NCBI GenBank assembly: GCA_051439505.1
Contig: JBFRWI010000116.1
Span: 1-21,391, forward strand
Length of the DNA stretch: 21,391 nt
From: Hormoscilla sp.
GTDB taxonomy: Bacteria; Cyanobacteriota; Cyanobacteriia; Cyanobacteriales; Desertifilaceae
Direction: 5' to 3'
Part shown: in pieces, positions 7,323 through 15,109 of the stretch
How the letters are laid out: each line of letters begins with the position of its first letter
Numbering within the stretch: position 1 is the stretch's first letter
Translations under genes and position numbers: made by a program
The notes under the pieces: generated by a model
Databases searched by the model: none
Seen by the model: the letters and a program-made list of their open reading frames with translations, nothing else
What the model was told of the DNA's origin: nothing

Positions 7323-7529
7323 ATAAATGAAGGTTCATGGGGGCTTGGAAAATCAACAAGCCCAAGCGAAACCAGGGATGCCCGGCCCGGACTGCGCGAA
7401 AAGCGCCCCACTTGGGTCAAGCAACGGAAACAGGCGCTTTTTGCGTAACTCCGGGTCAGGTAAATCTCTAAATCGCTCACTTCGACTCCACAAGGAGAGC
7501 CCTGTGGCAGGGCTCTCCTGCGCATTTTT
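7323..7529 (+). ncRNA. Candidate structured non-coding RNA (~200 nt), family not recognised
   Basis: 5' hairpin 7341-7363, long rod 7365-7477 with G-U pairs that work only on the + strand, promoter upstream and terminator hairpin downstream. Confidence 0.65.
7493..7529 (+). terminator. Intrinsic terminator-like hairpin
   Basis: Perfect 12-bp stem AGGAGAGCCCTG-TGG-CAGGGCTCTCCT followed by GCGCATTTTT. Confidence 0.75.
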
Positions 7530-7562
7530 AAATAATGGCGATCGCATCCACCCCGCAAACGG

Positions 7563-7677
7563 GCGATCGCCTCCCGCATTCCCATCCCCCTTGGGCCGGG
7601 GCACGGCGATACAAACTCAACTCATCGTTACCGATAATTTGTTGATGCCGTGCCCCTACATTTAATTTGCGATCGCA
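7563..7677. repeat. ~115-bp HIP1-bounded REP-type repeat, copy B
   Basis: GCGATCGC at 7563-7570 and 7669-7676; stem GGGGCACGGC...GCCGTGCCCCTAC (GTAGGGGCACGGC on the minus strand). Confidence 0.9.
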
Positions 7678-7717
7678 TCGTCATCTCAAATGGGCGATCG
7701 CCTGTCGATATCTTATT

Positions 7718-7772
7718 AGTGGGTTGAAACCCACTTTAGCTAAAAGCCTTAGGGTTTTAACCCACGGCGGAC
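7718..7772 (+). repeat. Two-hairpin REP-like dispersed repeat, copy 3
   Basis: AGTGGGTTGAAACCCACT-TTAGCTA-AAAGCCTTAGGGTTTTAACCCACGGCGGAC. Confidence 0.8.
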
Positions 7773-7798
7773 CAGGAGACTAAAAGACAAGATAACTG

Positions 7799-8372
7799 CT
7801 ACCTCAACTCTTTGAGGACTTCCTCCGTGAACGGATCTTTCCCCTTAGGAAGATCATCTACACGGATTTCTAATCAGGGCTTCACATCCACTACCGTGAC
7901 CGTATTTTCTCCTTGTCCCCGTCGAAGCAGTTCGCTAGTCACCAGTAACCGCCCCTCCACCAACTTCCCCACAGTTGCATCGATCAGGGCTTTGTCACGA
8001 TACTCGTTGACTACCGAAGACTTCCCCGAACCCGAGGCCCCCACCACTGCCAAGAAATTGCCTTGTCCCAACCGGTCCAGCAGCTCGTCCACCAGGGCCG
8101 TCCGACCGAAGAAATACTGCGGGTCTTCATCATTAAAGTCAAAAGACTCCAACTTCTTATAAGGACAGACCTGGGCCATCAGGGCCCCCCGGTGGATCTG
8201 CTCCTTCTCACCGGTAATAACTATCTCGCTGCCAAAGTTGCGGTAGACTGGACGCTGAAGAGTATTGGCCAGCTTCTGATTGATATAATCCACTCAATCG
8301 TAGTTCCTCACCCAAGAAGCTTGATGCTTTTCGGGATCGTTTCTCGGCCCTCCCAGCTGTCGGATACCCTGT
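7799..8372 (-). pseudogene. Collapsed remnant of a caspase-like / nSTAND1 NTPase gene
   Basis: VCPYKKLESF..EDPQYFFGR..LVDELL..FLAVVGASGSGKSSV (nSTAND1 start and Walker A) fused to RLLVTS..VVDV, then frameshifted EALIRN; in-frame TGA at 8294-8296; tail VDDLPKGKDPFTEEVLKELR* ending at 7799. Confidence 0.8.
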
Positions 8373-8532
8373 AGGGGCTCAGCATTATGGTGACAAATTA
8401 TGACAGAAGATGACAGAGAGCCTCTCAGAAGGCAACGCCGGGCACCCTGGGAGGATCTCCCCGTACCAACTGACCCATGACCACACCCCTGAGTGACTCG
8501 CCAGAGCTTCTCTACTCATGGCTAATTACCTC

Positions 8533-8562
8533 TTGACGATCGACCATTAGCCTGTATATAAT
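8533..8562 (+). promoter_or_regulatory. Sigma70-type promoter for the 8601/9216 gene pair
   Basis: TTGACG (8533-8538), 18 bp, TATAAT (8557-8562); AAAGGA RBS before ATG 8601. Confidence 0.7.
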
Positions 8563-8600
8563 CTTAAATATAACTGCACCTTAAAGGATATCCTCGTATC

Positions 8601-9050
8601 ATGAGTAACTCCTCTAACACTTTGCTCGCCCTGTTGGTGACTCTGCCAGATTTAGATCCCCCCCTGACCGCATCCGAACAAGACTCCTTAAAGGAGGTAG
8701 CCAACCAAATGTCCATGGATCCCGATTCTTGGGAATCAGACATCGAACCAGAACTGTTAGATATAGTAGAGGCCAACCCGGGCTGGAGTAAACTGTTTGC
8801 TGCAACTAAATCCAAACTGGATAGCATGAACATCCCCCAGGAGCTAATCCCGACCCCAGAGGAAATAGCACTGGCATTCCCCTCTGATGAGGCTCCCGCT
8901 GAGCGCGGTTTTGAGCCAGAGGGCGACTCCGACGACGATGAGCTCAATTCAATTCACAATATCTCCGTGTCCATTCTGGCAGCCTCTAACCCGCAAGAAG
9001 TCACCAAAAAAGCTGGCTTTGTTGATAAAATTAAAGCATTTATTTCCTAG
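8601..9050 (+). CDS. Hypothetical acidic helical protein (149 aa)
   Basis: Promoter and RBS present, protein-like composition, co-oriented with the 477-aa ORF. Confidence 0.8.
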   Translation: MSNSSNTLLALLVTLPDLDPPLTASEQDSLKEVANQMSMDPDSWESDIEPELLDIVEANPGWSKLFAATKSKLDSMNIPQELIPTPEEIALAFPSDEAPAERGFEPEGDSDDDELNSIHNISVSILAASNPQEVTKKAGFVDKIKAFIS

Positions 9051-9215
9051 TCTCCCAGTAGGGTGGGCACCGCCCACCAGAAGAATCGCCCACCATTCGC
9101 GGGTGTGATATTTTTTCCCAACTGGTGCAAAACCACACCCGTCGTAATGTTGTTGGTTGGGGAAGACAAAACAACCAAACAACCCAACCTTATCTAACTT
9201 TATAAATAGAAGATC

Positions 9216-10649
9216 ATGACGGACATAATCTATCCCACGCTGGATCTATTTCTCTACGATCTCAGAAATGGTCTAGGCAATACAGAGATGGAAGTTAAGC
9301 AGATTAGAGAGAAATTTAAGCAGAAACTCCCAGCAACTGTCGGTGATGAGGTGTTTGCAGGCGATAATATATTTGAAGCGGAATATATAGAACTCCTCGA
9401 TCCTAATAGAATTGGCAAGAGAAAAACAAAACGTTTTCATAATCCTACTAACTCCTACAAGGGATATTATTATCCCGTATGCATAAACGATGCTTATGGA
9501 TTGCTGGTAGACTGCTCAGTTGACGATTTATCAGCACCGCAACCGGCAGAATGCTTCGCCAATCTGAAGGTAGAAATTGAGCAAAATCAACTCCAGGGGG
9601 AACAACCGACCATCGGTCAAACCTGGATGATTTATGGCTGGTTGCCCGAGGGGACTAAGAAAACTCCTGCAGAAATTGCCGAAGCTTGCTATAAAGCTTT
9701 AATGCCCTCGGGCAAGTGGGAAAAGCACTTGCAAGGGAAATTCCTGGGAGCAGATATTTTTGAAATCTCCAAATATGACATAGTGATGAAAGAGAAGACC
9801 CAGGGAGAGGCGACTATTCAAGATATTCAAGATAACCAGCATATTATCGCGATCATCTATCCAGATGTAGAAACCGCCTCCAAAAGCGCAGGATTTTTAA
9901 GTGAGTGGATGAAGCTGTTTCTATATCGCCACAAAGTTCTCTGGGGTTACGGACAGAGTCGGGTGCTGAAAAAACACTTGAAAAGCTATTTTGCGATTAT
10001 AGAAGAAGGTCAGTCAGAAATTAAAAAAGGTCTCGCTAAAGGTAGAGAACTAGCATCGCTAAAAGAACGGTTACAAATCTTGCAAGAGTCATTCGATAGC
10101 TATACAATGTTCTTGAGGAAGCTGGATCTGATTAAGGAGGCGATCGACATAAATCTGGGAAATTATCGGCTTGTATATGTCGGTATGGAAAAGAAAGCCC
10201 AGGAGATCGCAGCAGAAGCCGATACAGACCTGCAGTTTTTCGATAAATTTGAGAGTAGATTCAGGGAGAAATATCGGCAGCAAATCATGAAAGATAGGAT
10301 TAACATGCGGACGGGTATGACATTACTGCAAGAAGTAATTTCAGTGACCAAGAGTCGCGTAGACGCAGAAAAAGCTGCCAGGGATCAAAATTTCCAAGAA
10401 GTTCTTACTAATATGGGAGTAGGATGGGCCGTAGGTTCCTTCGTAGCAGAACAGCAACCTCAGACCAAAGAACCAATACCAAAGCCATTTTCTCTGGCAG
10501 CTATCAACTATTACACAACCTTATTAGTACCGCCCGTCACTGCCGCGATCGGGGCTTCCTTGTTTTTTTGGCTAATCAAGCGCTTGTTGGAGCGATCGGA
10601 GAAACTATCGCAACTGTTCAAGCATACAGTAGATCAGCTCAAGGAGTAA
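9216..10649 (+). CDS. Hypothetical protein with coiled coil and two C-terminal TM segments (CorA/CATRA-C-like architecture, tentative)
   Basis: 477-aa ORF starting IYPTLDLFLYDLRNGLG; long helical region; hydrophobic VLTNMGVGWAVGSFVA and LLVPPVTAAIGASLFFWLI. Confidence 0.8.
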   Translation: MTDIIYPTLDLFLYDLRNGLGNTEMEVKQIREKFKQKLPATVGDEVFAGDNIFEAEYIELLDPNRIGKRKTKRFHNPTNSYKGYYYPVCINDAYGLLVDCSVDDLSAPQPAECFANLKVEIEQNQLQGEQPTIGQTWMIYGWLPEGTKKTPAEIAEACYKALMPSGKWEKHLQGKFLGADIFEISKYDIVMKEKTQGEATIQDIQDNQHIIAIIYPDVETASKSAGFLSEWMKLFLYRHKVLWGYGQSRVLKKHLKSYFAIIEEGQSEIKKGLAKGRELASLKERLQILQESFDSYTMFLRKLDLIKEAIDINLGNYRLVYVGMEKKAQEIAAEADTDLQFFDKFESRFREKYRQQIMKDRINMRTGMTLLQEVISVTKSRVDAEKAARDQNFQEVLTNMGVGWAVGSFVAEQQPQTKEPIPKPFSLAAINYYTTLLVPPVTAAIGASLFFWLIKRLLERSEKLSQLFKHTVDQLKE

Positions 10650-10685
10650 AAAATGATTGTCAATTGTTAATTGCCGGGATCTAAA

Positions 10686-10716
10686 AGCCCCCCTTTCAAA
10701 GGGGGGTTGGGGGATC
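10686..10716. repeat. CCCCCCTTTCAAAGGGGGGTTGGGGGATC repeat/hairpin between convergent genes; possible terminator
   Basis: CCCCCCTTT/AAAGGGGGG inverted repeat; a familiar cyanobacterial intergenic repeat. Confidence 0.7.
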
Positions 10717-10752
10717 CATATCTCAGGGATAAGAAAGCTTCAAACGTAAAAC

Positions 10753-12351
10753 TTAGCTAGCAGAAACCCTTAAACTACCTGGTTGAGCCAAATTGCCCTC
10801 TAAAACCACACCCCGATGATTAGCAGCCAGATGTCGGACAATCTTATAAATCGACTCAACTTCTTCAGGGGCTTGAACAGCATCTGCCAACTCTACCAGA
10901 GACAGGGACTGCTTTTGCTCATGTAAAGCTTGCATCACCCGACGCTGCAAGTCCAGAATAGCCGCAGCGGCCTTCTTCCCAGCTTCCACACCCGGTTGGT
11001 GATAGGCGTTGATATTCACTAGGGAAGCGTACAAACCAACCGCCCGATCGTACAAAGCGATCAAGGCCCCCACCGTGCGAGGATTAACTTCTGCTATAGT
11101 CAGAGTAATCGAATCGCGCTGATTTTCATACAAAGCCTTGCGGGTACCCTGCAAGAAACCAGAGAGAAAGTCTCCCGCCGTAACGCCGGGTTCCACTTCC
11201 GGAGAAGTTCCTTTCCGGTCCTCTAACACTTCAATGAAGGTGGCAAAGAAATTGGGAACACCTTCCCGCAGCTGCTGCACGTAAGCATGTTGGTCGGTAG
11301 AACCCTTGTTACCATAGACAGCAATGCCCTGATGGACAATATTACCGTCGAGGTCCTTCTCCTTACCCAGAGATTCCATCACCAGCTGTTGCAGGTAGCG
11401 GCTAAACAGCAGCAGACTGTCCTTATAGGGCAGCACCACCATATCTTTTTCCCCCTTGCCGTTACCAGCGAAGTACCAGGATAAAGCCAATAGGGCGGCG
11501 GGATTATTTTTCAACTGCTGAATGCGGGTAGCAGAGTCCATTTCCTTAGCCCCGGCCAGCATCTGGCGGATATCGATGCCTTGCAAAGCTGCTGGCAACA
11601 ACCCCACCGCAGACATCTCCGAAGTCCGTCCCCCTACCCAGTCATGCATGGGGAAGGTGGCCACCCAGCCTTCAGCTTTTGCCAGTTTCTCCAGCTTGCT
11701 ATCATGGCCAGTGATGGCGACGAAGTGGGATGCATGGGGAATCTGTTGAGATTCATAGGCCTTTTGCAGCTCAATCATGCCGTTGCGGGTATCCGGCGTT
11801 CCTCCCGATTTGGAGATCACTAATACCAGGGTAGTATTAAGTCGGTGGTGTTCCAACTCGATCAAAATGTCATCAATGCCAGCTGGATCGGTATTGTCTA
11901 TGAAATGAATTGCCAGAGGCGGGTCATTGGGGGCCAGGGCCTGGGCGACAAACTGAGGGCCCAGGGCCGATCCGCCAATCCCGATGGAGAGTATATCTGT
12001 GAATTTGGAGGCGTGGGGGGGATGGATCTCACCAGAGTGGACCTTCTCAACAAAAGATTCTATCTGTTCGAGAGTTTCGACAATTTCTTGTTTCATGAGA
12101 CCTGTGGGGGCCAAGTCCGGGTTTCTCAACCAGTAATGACCCACCATCCGGTTTTCGTCCGGGTTGGCGATCGCCCCCTTTTCCAAGGCCGCCATATCCG
12201 CAAAAGCCTTGTCCAACTTGGGCTTCATGGCCTCCAGATAAGCATCGTCAAACCCCATGCGGCTAACATCGAGGTAAAATCCCAACCCCTCGTGATAATA
12301 AAGCCAATCTTGATAGCGTTGCCAGAGTGTCGCAGGCGTAGCCGTGTCCAT
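10753..12351 (-). CDS. pgi: Glucose-6-phosphate isomerase
   Basis: [68 protein letters not shown]; start placed at ATG 12351 (MDTAT). Confidence 0.97.
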   Translation of the reverse strand: MDTATPATLWQRYQDWLYYHEGLGFYLDVSRMGFDDAYLEAMKPKLDKAFADMAALEKGAIANPDENRMVGHYWLRNPDLAPTGLMKQEIVETLEQIESFVEKVHSGEIHPPHASKFTDILSIGIGGSALGPQFVAQALAPNDPPLAIHFIDNTDPAGIDDILIELEHHRLNTTLVLVISKSGGTPDTRNGMIELQKAYESQQIPHASHFVAITGHDSKLEKLAKAEGWVATFPMHDWVGGRTSEMSAVGLLPAALQGIDIRQMLAGAKEMDSATRIQQLKNNPAALLALSWYFAGNGKGEKDMVVLPYKDSLLLFSRYLQQLVMESLGKEKDLDGNIVHQGIAVYGNKGSTDQHAYVQQLREGVPNFFATFIEVLEDRKGTSPEVEPGVTAGDFLSGFLQGTRKALYENQRDSITLTIAEVNPRTVGALIALYDRAVGLYASLVNINAYHQPGVEAGKKAAAAILDLQRRVMQALHEQKQSLSLVELADAVQAPEEVESIYKIVRHLAANHRGVVLEGNLAQPGSLRVSAS

Positions 12352-12614
12352 AGCTTCTCTCAACTCATTTTTGCTATCACCAGTTTACTCTGCGGCAGCG
12401 GTCAGTCGAGTCAAACAATTATCTCATACCACCAGTTCTCAGAAAGCCAACTTCTACCTTTGGGTATTTGACCCTAATTTCTGTTTTGGGCTAACTTGGG
12501 AAAATTATAGCCGTCAGACCTGGTAGAGTTGCGAGCCAGGCCGGATGACTTGCCACCAGTAAGTTTCAGTAGCAAGATCGAGATTACCACCATTTTAATT
12601 AGGAGTCAACAACT

Positions 12615-12914
12615 ATGGCCAGAGGAGGTTACCGCAAAAATGCACCGCTGTTCAAACCAACATGGCACTTGGGAGAAACCAAGACTATGAGGGTGCCTGT
12701 CGCTTTAGCCCAACTCTTGCTGGCCCTTGCCAGAGAGCTTGATAGATGCTGGCATGAATCTAAAAGCCAAAACCTGTCTGCTTCGGAGGCTCGTCGCCTA
12801 ACTCGCGATCGCATCGGGCCAATTATCGATCGATGTCTTGACGAGTTAGAACTCGTGCCTTTTACCACAGATAAGATACAAGATAATACTGAAAACATGC
12901 AGGTACACCAATAG
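12615..12914 (+). CDS. Small hypothetical protein, probable ribbon-helix-helix-like DNA binder
   Basis: RGGYRKNA...TW..GETKTMRVPVALAQLLLALARELD resembles a cyanobacterial small DNA-binding family; RBS AGGAG at 12601. Confidence 0.7.
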   Translation: MARGGYRKNAPLFKPTWHLGETKTMRVPVALAQLLLALARELDRCWHESKSQNLSASEARRLTRDRIGPIIDRCLDELELVPFTTDKIQDNTENMQVHQ

Positions 12915-13033
12915 AGTGCCAGCTCTGTGAACGAACAATGCCGGTAAAATTTATCACTATTCCTCCATTTCTGGGGGGACAGTGAAAGAGTCGCCTGGGC
13001 GATGAAATGTCGATGGCTGCCAGTACTGCTGAC

Positions 13034-13061
13034 TTGACAGACTTGAGATTTTATTTATAAT
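13034..13061 (+). promoter_or_regulatory. Consensus sigma70 promoter
   Basis: TTGACA (13034-13039), 16 bp, TATAAT (13056-13061). Confidence 0.75.
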
Positions 13062-13094
13062 TCAAGACAGACATGCGTAATATCTGGGGTCAAA

Positions 13095-13427
13095 ATGGTC
13101 ACAAGTTTAAGAAAGGTGCGCCTGCTAGCTTTACCGATAATGCTGAGTGGGATCTGCTTGACGATCTTGGGAACAGTCAATTCCGCCAAGGCTGAATCTA
13201 GATATGACATCAGCATTAAAGATGACAAATTGTGCTTGAGGATACTAATGTTTGGTAGGAGGATGAATTTTTGCCTCAACATCGAAGACAAGCAATGCCC
13301 CCCAGAAAGAGTGATGGAAAAACTCGCGATCGAGTGTGGAAGCGGAGATAAAGATGCTTGTGCCGCACTGAGGAAGATTAACAGCGCTGGTTGCACAATA
13401 GCTGAATCTGACATTCAACGTATATGA
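13095..13427 (+). CDS. Small secreted Cys-rich hypothetical protein
   Basis: Basic n-region, hydrophobic h-region, AKA|E cleavage-like site; six Cys in the predicted mature part; consensus promoter upstream. Confidence 0.7.
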   Translation: MVTSLRKVRLLALPIMLSGICLTILGTVNSAKAESRYDISIKDDKLCLRILMFGRRMNFCLNIEDKQCPPERVMEKLAIECGSGDKDACAALRKINSAGCTIAESDIQRI

Positions 13428-13433
13428 TATTCT

Positions 13434-13523
13434 GGCTAAGGGCTAATTGCTAATTGCTAATTGCTAATTGCTAATTGCTAAAAGGGCTAATGGCTAATGG
13501 CTAAGGGCTAATGGCTAATGGCT
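13434..13523. repeat. Heptamer short tandem repeat (GCTAATT/GCTAATG/GCTAAGG), STRR-like
   Basis: About a dozen imperfect 7-mers, followed by REP-like CAGCGCTAAAGCGCTGACTAC at ~13554-13574. Confidence 0.9.
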
Positions 13524-13593
13524 CGTAGTTACTCACATCTTTGCACCTACACCGCAGCGCTAAAGCGCTGACTACAAATCTGAGGTTAAAAAA

Positions 13594-14064
13594 ATGAAAA
13601 AGAAAATCTACCTGGCCAATCCCTATGGCTTTTCCAGCCAGCAAAAAGCCCAGCTACTACCTGAATTTGTGCAAGTCCTGGAATCTCTGGGTGTTGAAGT
13701 CTGGGAGCCTTTTGAACGAAACAACCAGGAAGATCGCTTGACCGAGGGTTGGGCCTACAGAATAGGTCAGGCCGACCTGAATGACGTAAAGCAATCGGAT
13801 GCCATCTTCGCTATTATCAACGGCACCCCTCCCGATGAAGGCGTGATGGTTGAACTGGGCGTAGCCATTGCCTTAAACAAAAAAACCTTCCTGTTCAGGG
13901 ATGATTTTAGGCGGTGTACGGACTCGGAAAAATACCCTCTCAACCTGATGATCTTCACTGGCCTTCCCGAAGTCGGCTGGGAGGATTATTATTACACTTC
14001 CATCGCTGAAATTACCTCCCCAGACAAAGCCCTGGTTAAATGGATCCAGGGAAAACTGGTCTGA
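13594..14064 (+). CDS. Nucleoside 2-deoxyribosyltransferase family protein
   Basis: KIYLANPYGFS, DLNDVKQSDAIFA, PPDEGVMVELGVAIALNK. Confidence 0.92.
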   Translation: MKKKIYLANPYGFSSQQKAQLLPEFVQVLESLGVEVWEPFERNNQEDRLTEGWAYRIGQADLNDVKQSDAIFAIINGTPPDEGVMVELGVAIALNKKTFLFRDDFRRCTDSEKYPLNLMIFTGLPEVGWEDYYYTSIAEITSPDKALVKWIQGKLV

Positions 14065-14066
14065 GT

Positions 14067-14350
14067 GTTGTTAGTGGTCAGTTGTCAGTCAATACTTCGT
14101 AGGTTTTGGATATAGGGTGTCATTGCGAGGGGGGGTACGTAGCGACTAACTTATGGGAAATTCAGTTAATCCCCCCCGAAGCAATCCCCCGCCCCGTATG
14201 AGATGAAGAGGAGATTGCTTCGGGGGGGATCTCGCGACGATCCCGGAAGATCTCGGTTTTCAGCCCCCTCGCAATGACAAGTTATTAACCGAGAAGTATT
14301 GAGTTGTCAGTTGTCAGTTGTTAGTGGTCAGTGGTCAGTGATCAGTGGTC
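14067..14350. repeat. Heptamer tandem repeat (TTGTCAG/TGGTCAG) interrupted by the MITE
   Basis: 7-mers at 14067-14089 and 14302-14350. Confidence 0.85.
14090..14301. mobile_element. 212-bp MITE-like palindromic element inserted in a heptamer repeat
   Basis: TIRs CAATACTTC/GAAGTATTG, AGT duplicated on both sides, nested inverted repeats TGTCATTGCGAGGGGG/CCCCCTCGCAATGACA and ATCCCCCCCGAAGCAATC/GATTGCTTCGGGGGGGAT. Confidence 0.8.
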
Positions 14351-14377
14351 AATTTTCCATTCTCTGTTGTCAAAGGA

Positions 14378-14635
14378 TTATATATTTGGTTTGGGGAGGA
14401 TGCGCAGAAACTTCACGATCTGACCCGTGACCTCGATCGCCACAATATACTCGTCAATGGCAAATCGGTAAAATATCCCCTCAGCACCCACCTGTTGCAA
14501 TTGGGGTAAATCGTACAACCGCTTTAGTTGCATAAATTCCACGAACACGAAGTCATACACCCGTTGATAAGCAGCGGGTTCTAAATTCTGGAGGTCCAGC
14601 AGGAATGACCTCGCGTAGCGCACCTCAAATATCAC
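14378..14635 (-). CDS. RelE/ParE-like toxin (type II TA)
   Basis: FEVRYARSFLLDLQNLEP..YQRV...IFYRFAIDEY; likely GTG start at 14635 (the longer frame extends to 14710). Confidence 0.75.
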   Translation of the reverse strand: MIFEVRYARSFLLDLQNLEPAAYQRVYDFVFVEFMQLKRLYDLPQLQQVGAEGIFYRFAIDEYIVAIEVTGQIVKFLRILPKPNI

Positions 14636-14706
14636 CCTGCGATCGCCTGACTTGGTGAGGGAATATCCAGTTTGTGGCTCATTATCACACCAAATACGAT
14701 CTCCAA

Positions 14707-14904
14707 TCAAGCAGTGCGCAAGAACCTAATGGCTTCTTCGCGAGTCAGGGAGTCTCCAGGTTGTAGTGCTTCCTTGGCGTCTTGAATGGCCCTGAGTACG
14801 TAAAAGTCATAATAAGACTTTTCCAAAATTGTCCAGACGCTTTCCAATTCTCGATCGTCTAGATGATCGATCAACCGGTTGACTCGATTTTTAAGTAGAT
14901 TCAT
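14707..14904 (-). CDS. Putative antitoxin (65 aa)
   Basis: Small helical ORF upstream of the RelE-like gene ending GDSLTREEAIRFL; GGAGG RBS. Confidence 0.7.
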   Translation of the reverse strand: MNLLKNRVNRLIDHLDDRELESVWTILEKSYYDFYVLRAIQDAKEALQPGDSLTREEAIRFLRTA

Positions 14905-15109
14905 CCCGATCGCCCTCCTTGGCAGATTTTGTCGCCATCAGCAGCGATTTGGGGGGTATTACCCTACATCCCCCAAGCCGTTGCCAAGGTTATAATAATC
15001 TATTTTCCAGCCAAATGATGGGTATCACCCCTCACCGGAAGATTCACAGATTTTAATGGGGACCAACCTCTGCTTCGATAAGTAAAATTACTTAATGAGC
15101 GACTGATTG

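Noticed and set aside
7450..7461. CCGGGTCAGGT resembling SRP (4.5S) RNA
   Set aside because: The conserved continuation CCGGAAGGAAGCAGC is absent
7323..7529. Retron msr-msd interpretation of the long hairpin
   Set aside because: No reverse transcriptase adjacent, and no clear a1/a2 inverted repeat enclosing the unit
7327..7665. 112-aa + strand ORF and overlapping minus ORFs (7310-7585, 7353-7604)
   Set aside because: They read through a terminator hairpin and REP repeat, have no RBS or recognisable domain, and the region is better explained by RNA structure
11845..12471. 208-aa ORF antisense to pgi, and similar shadow ORFs over the AAA_35, UPF0182, hemA and glpX genes
   Set aside because: Antisense or out-of-frame shadows of well-supported genes, with no independent motifs
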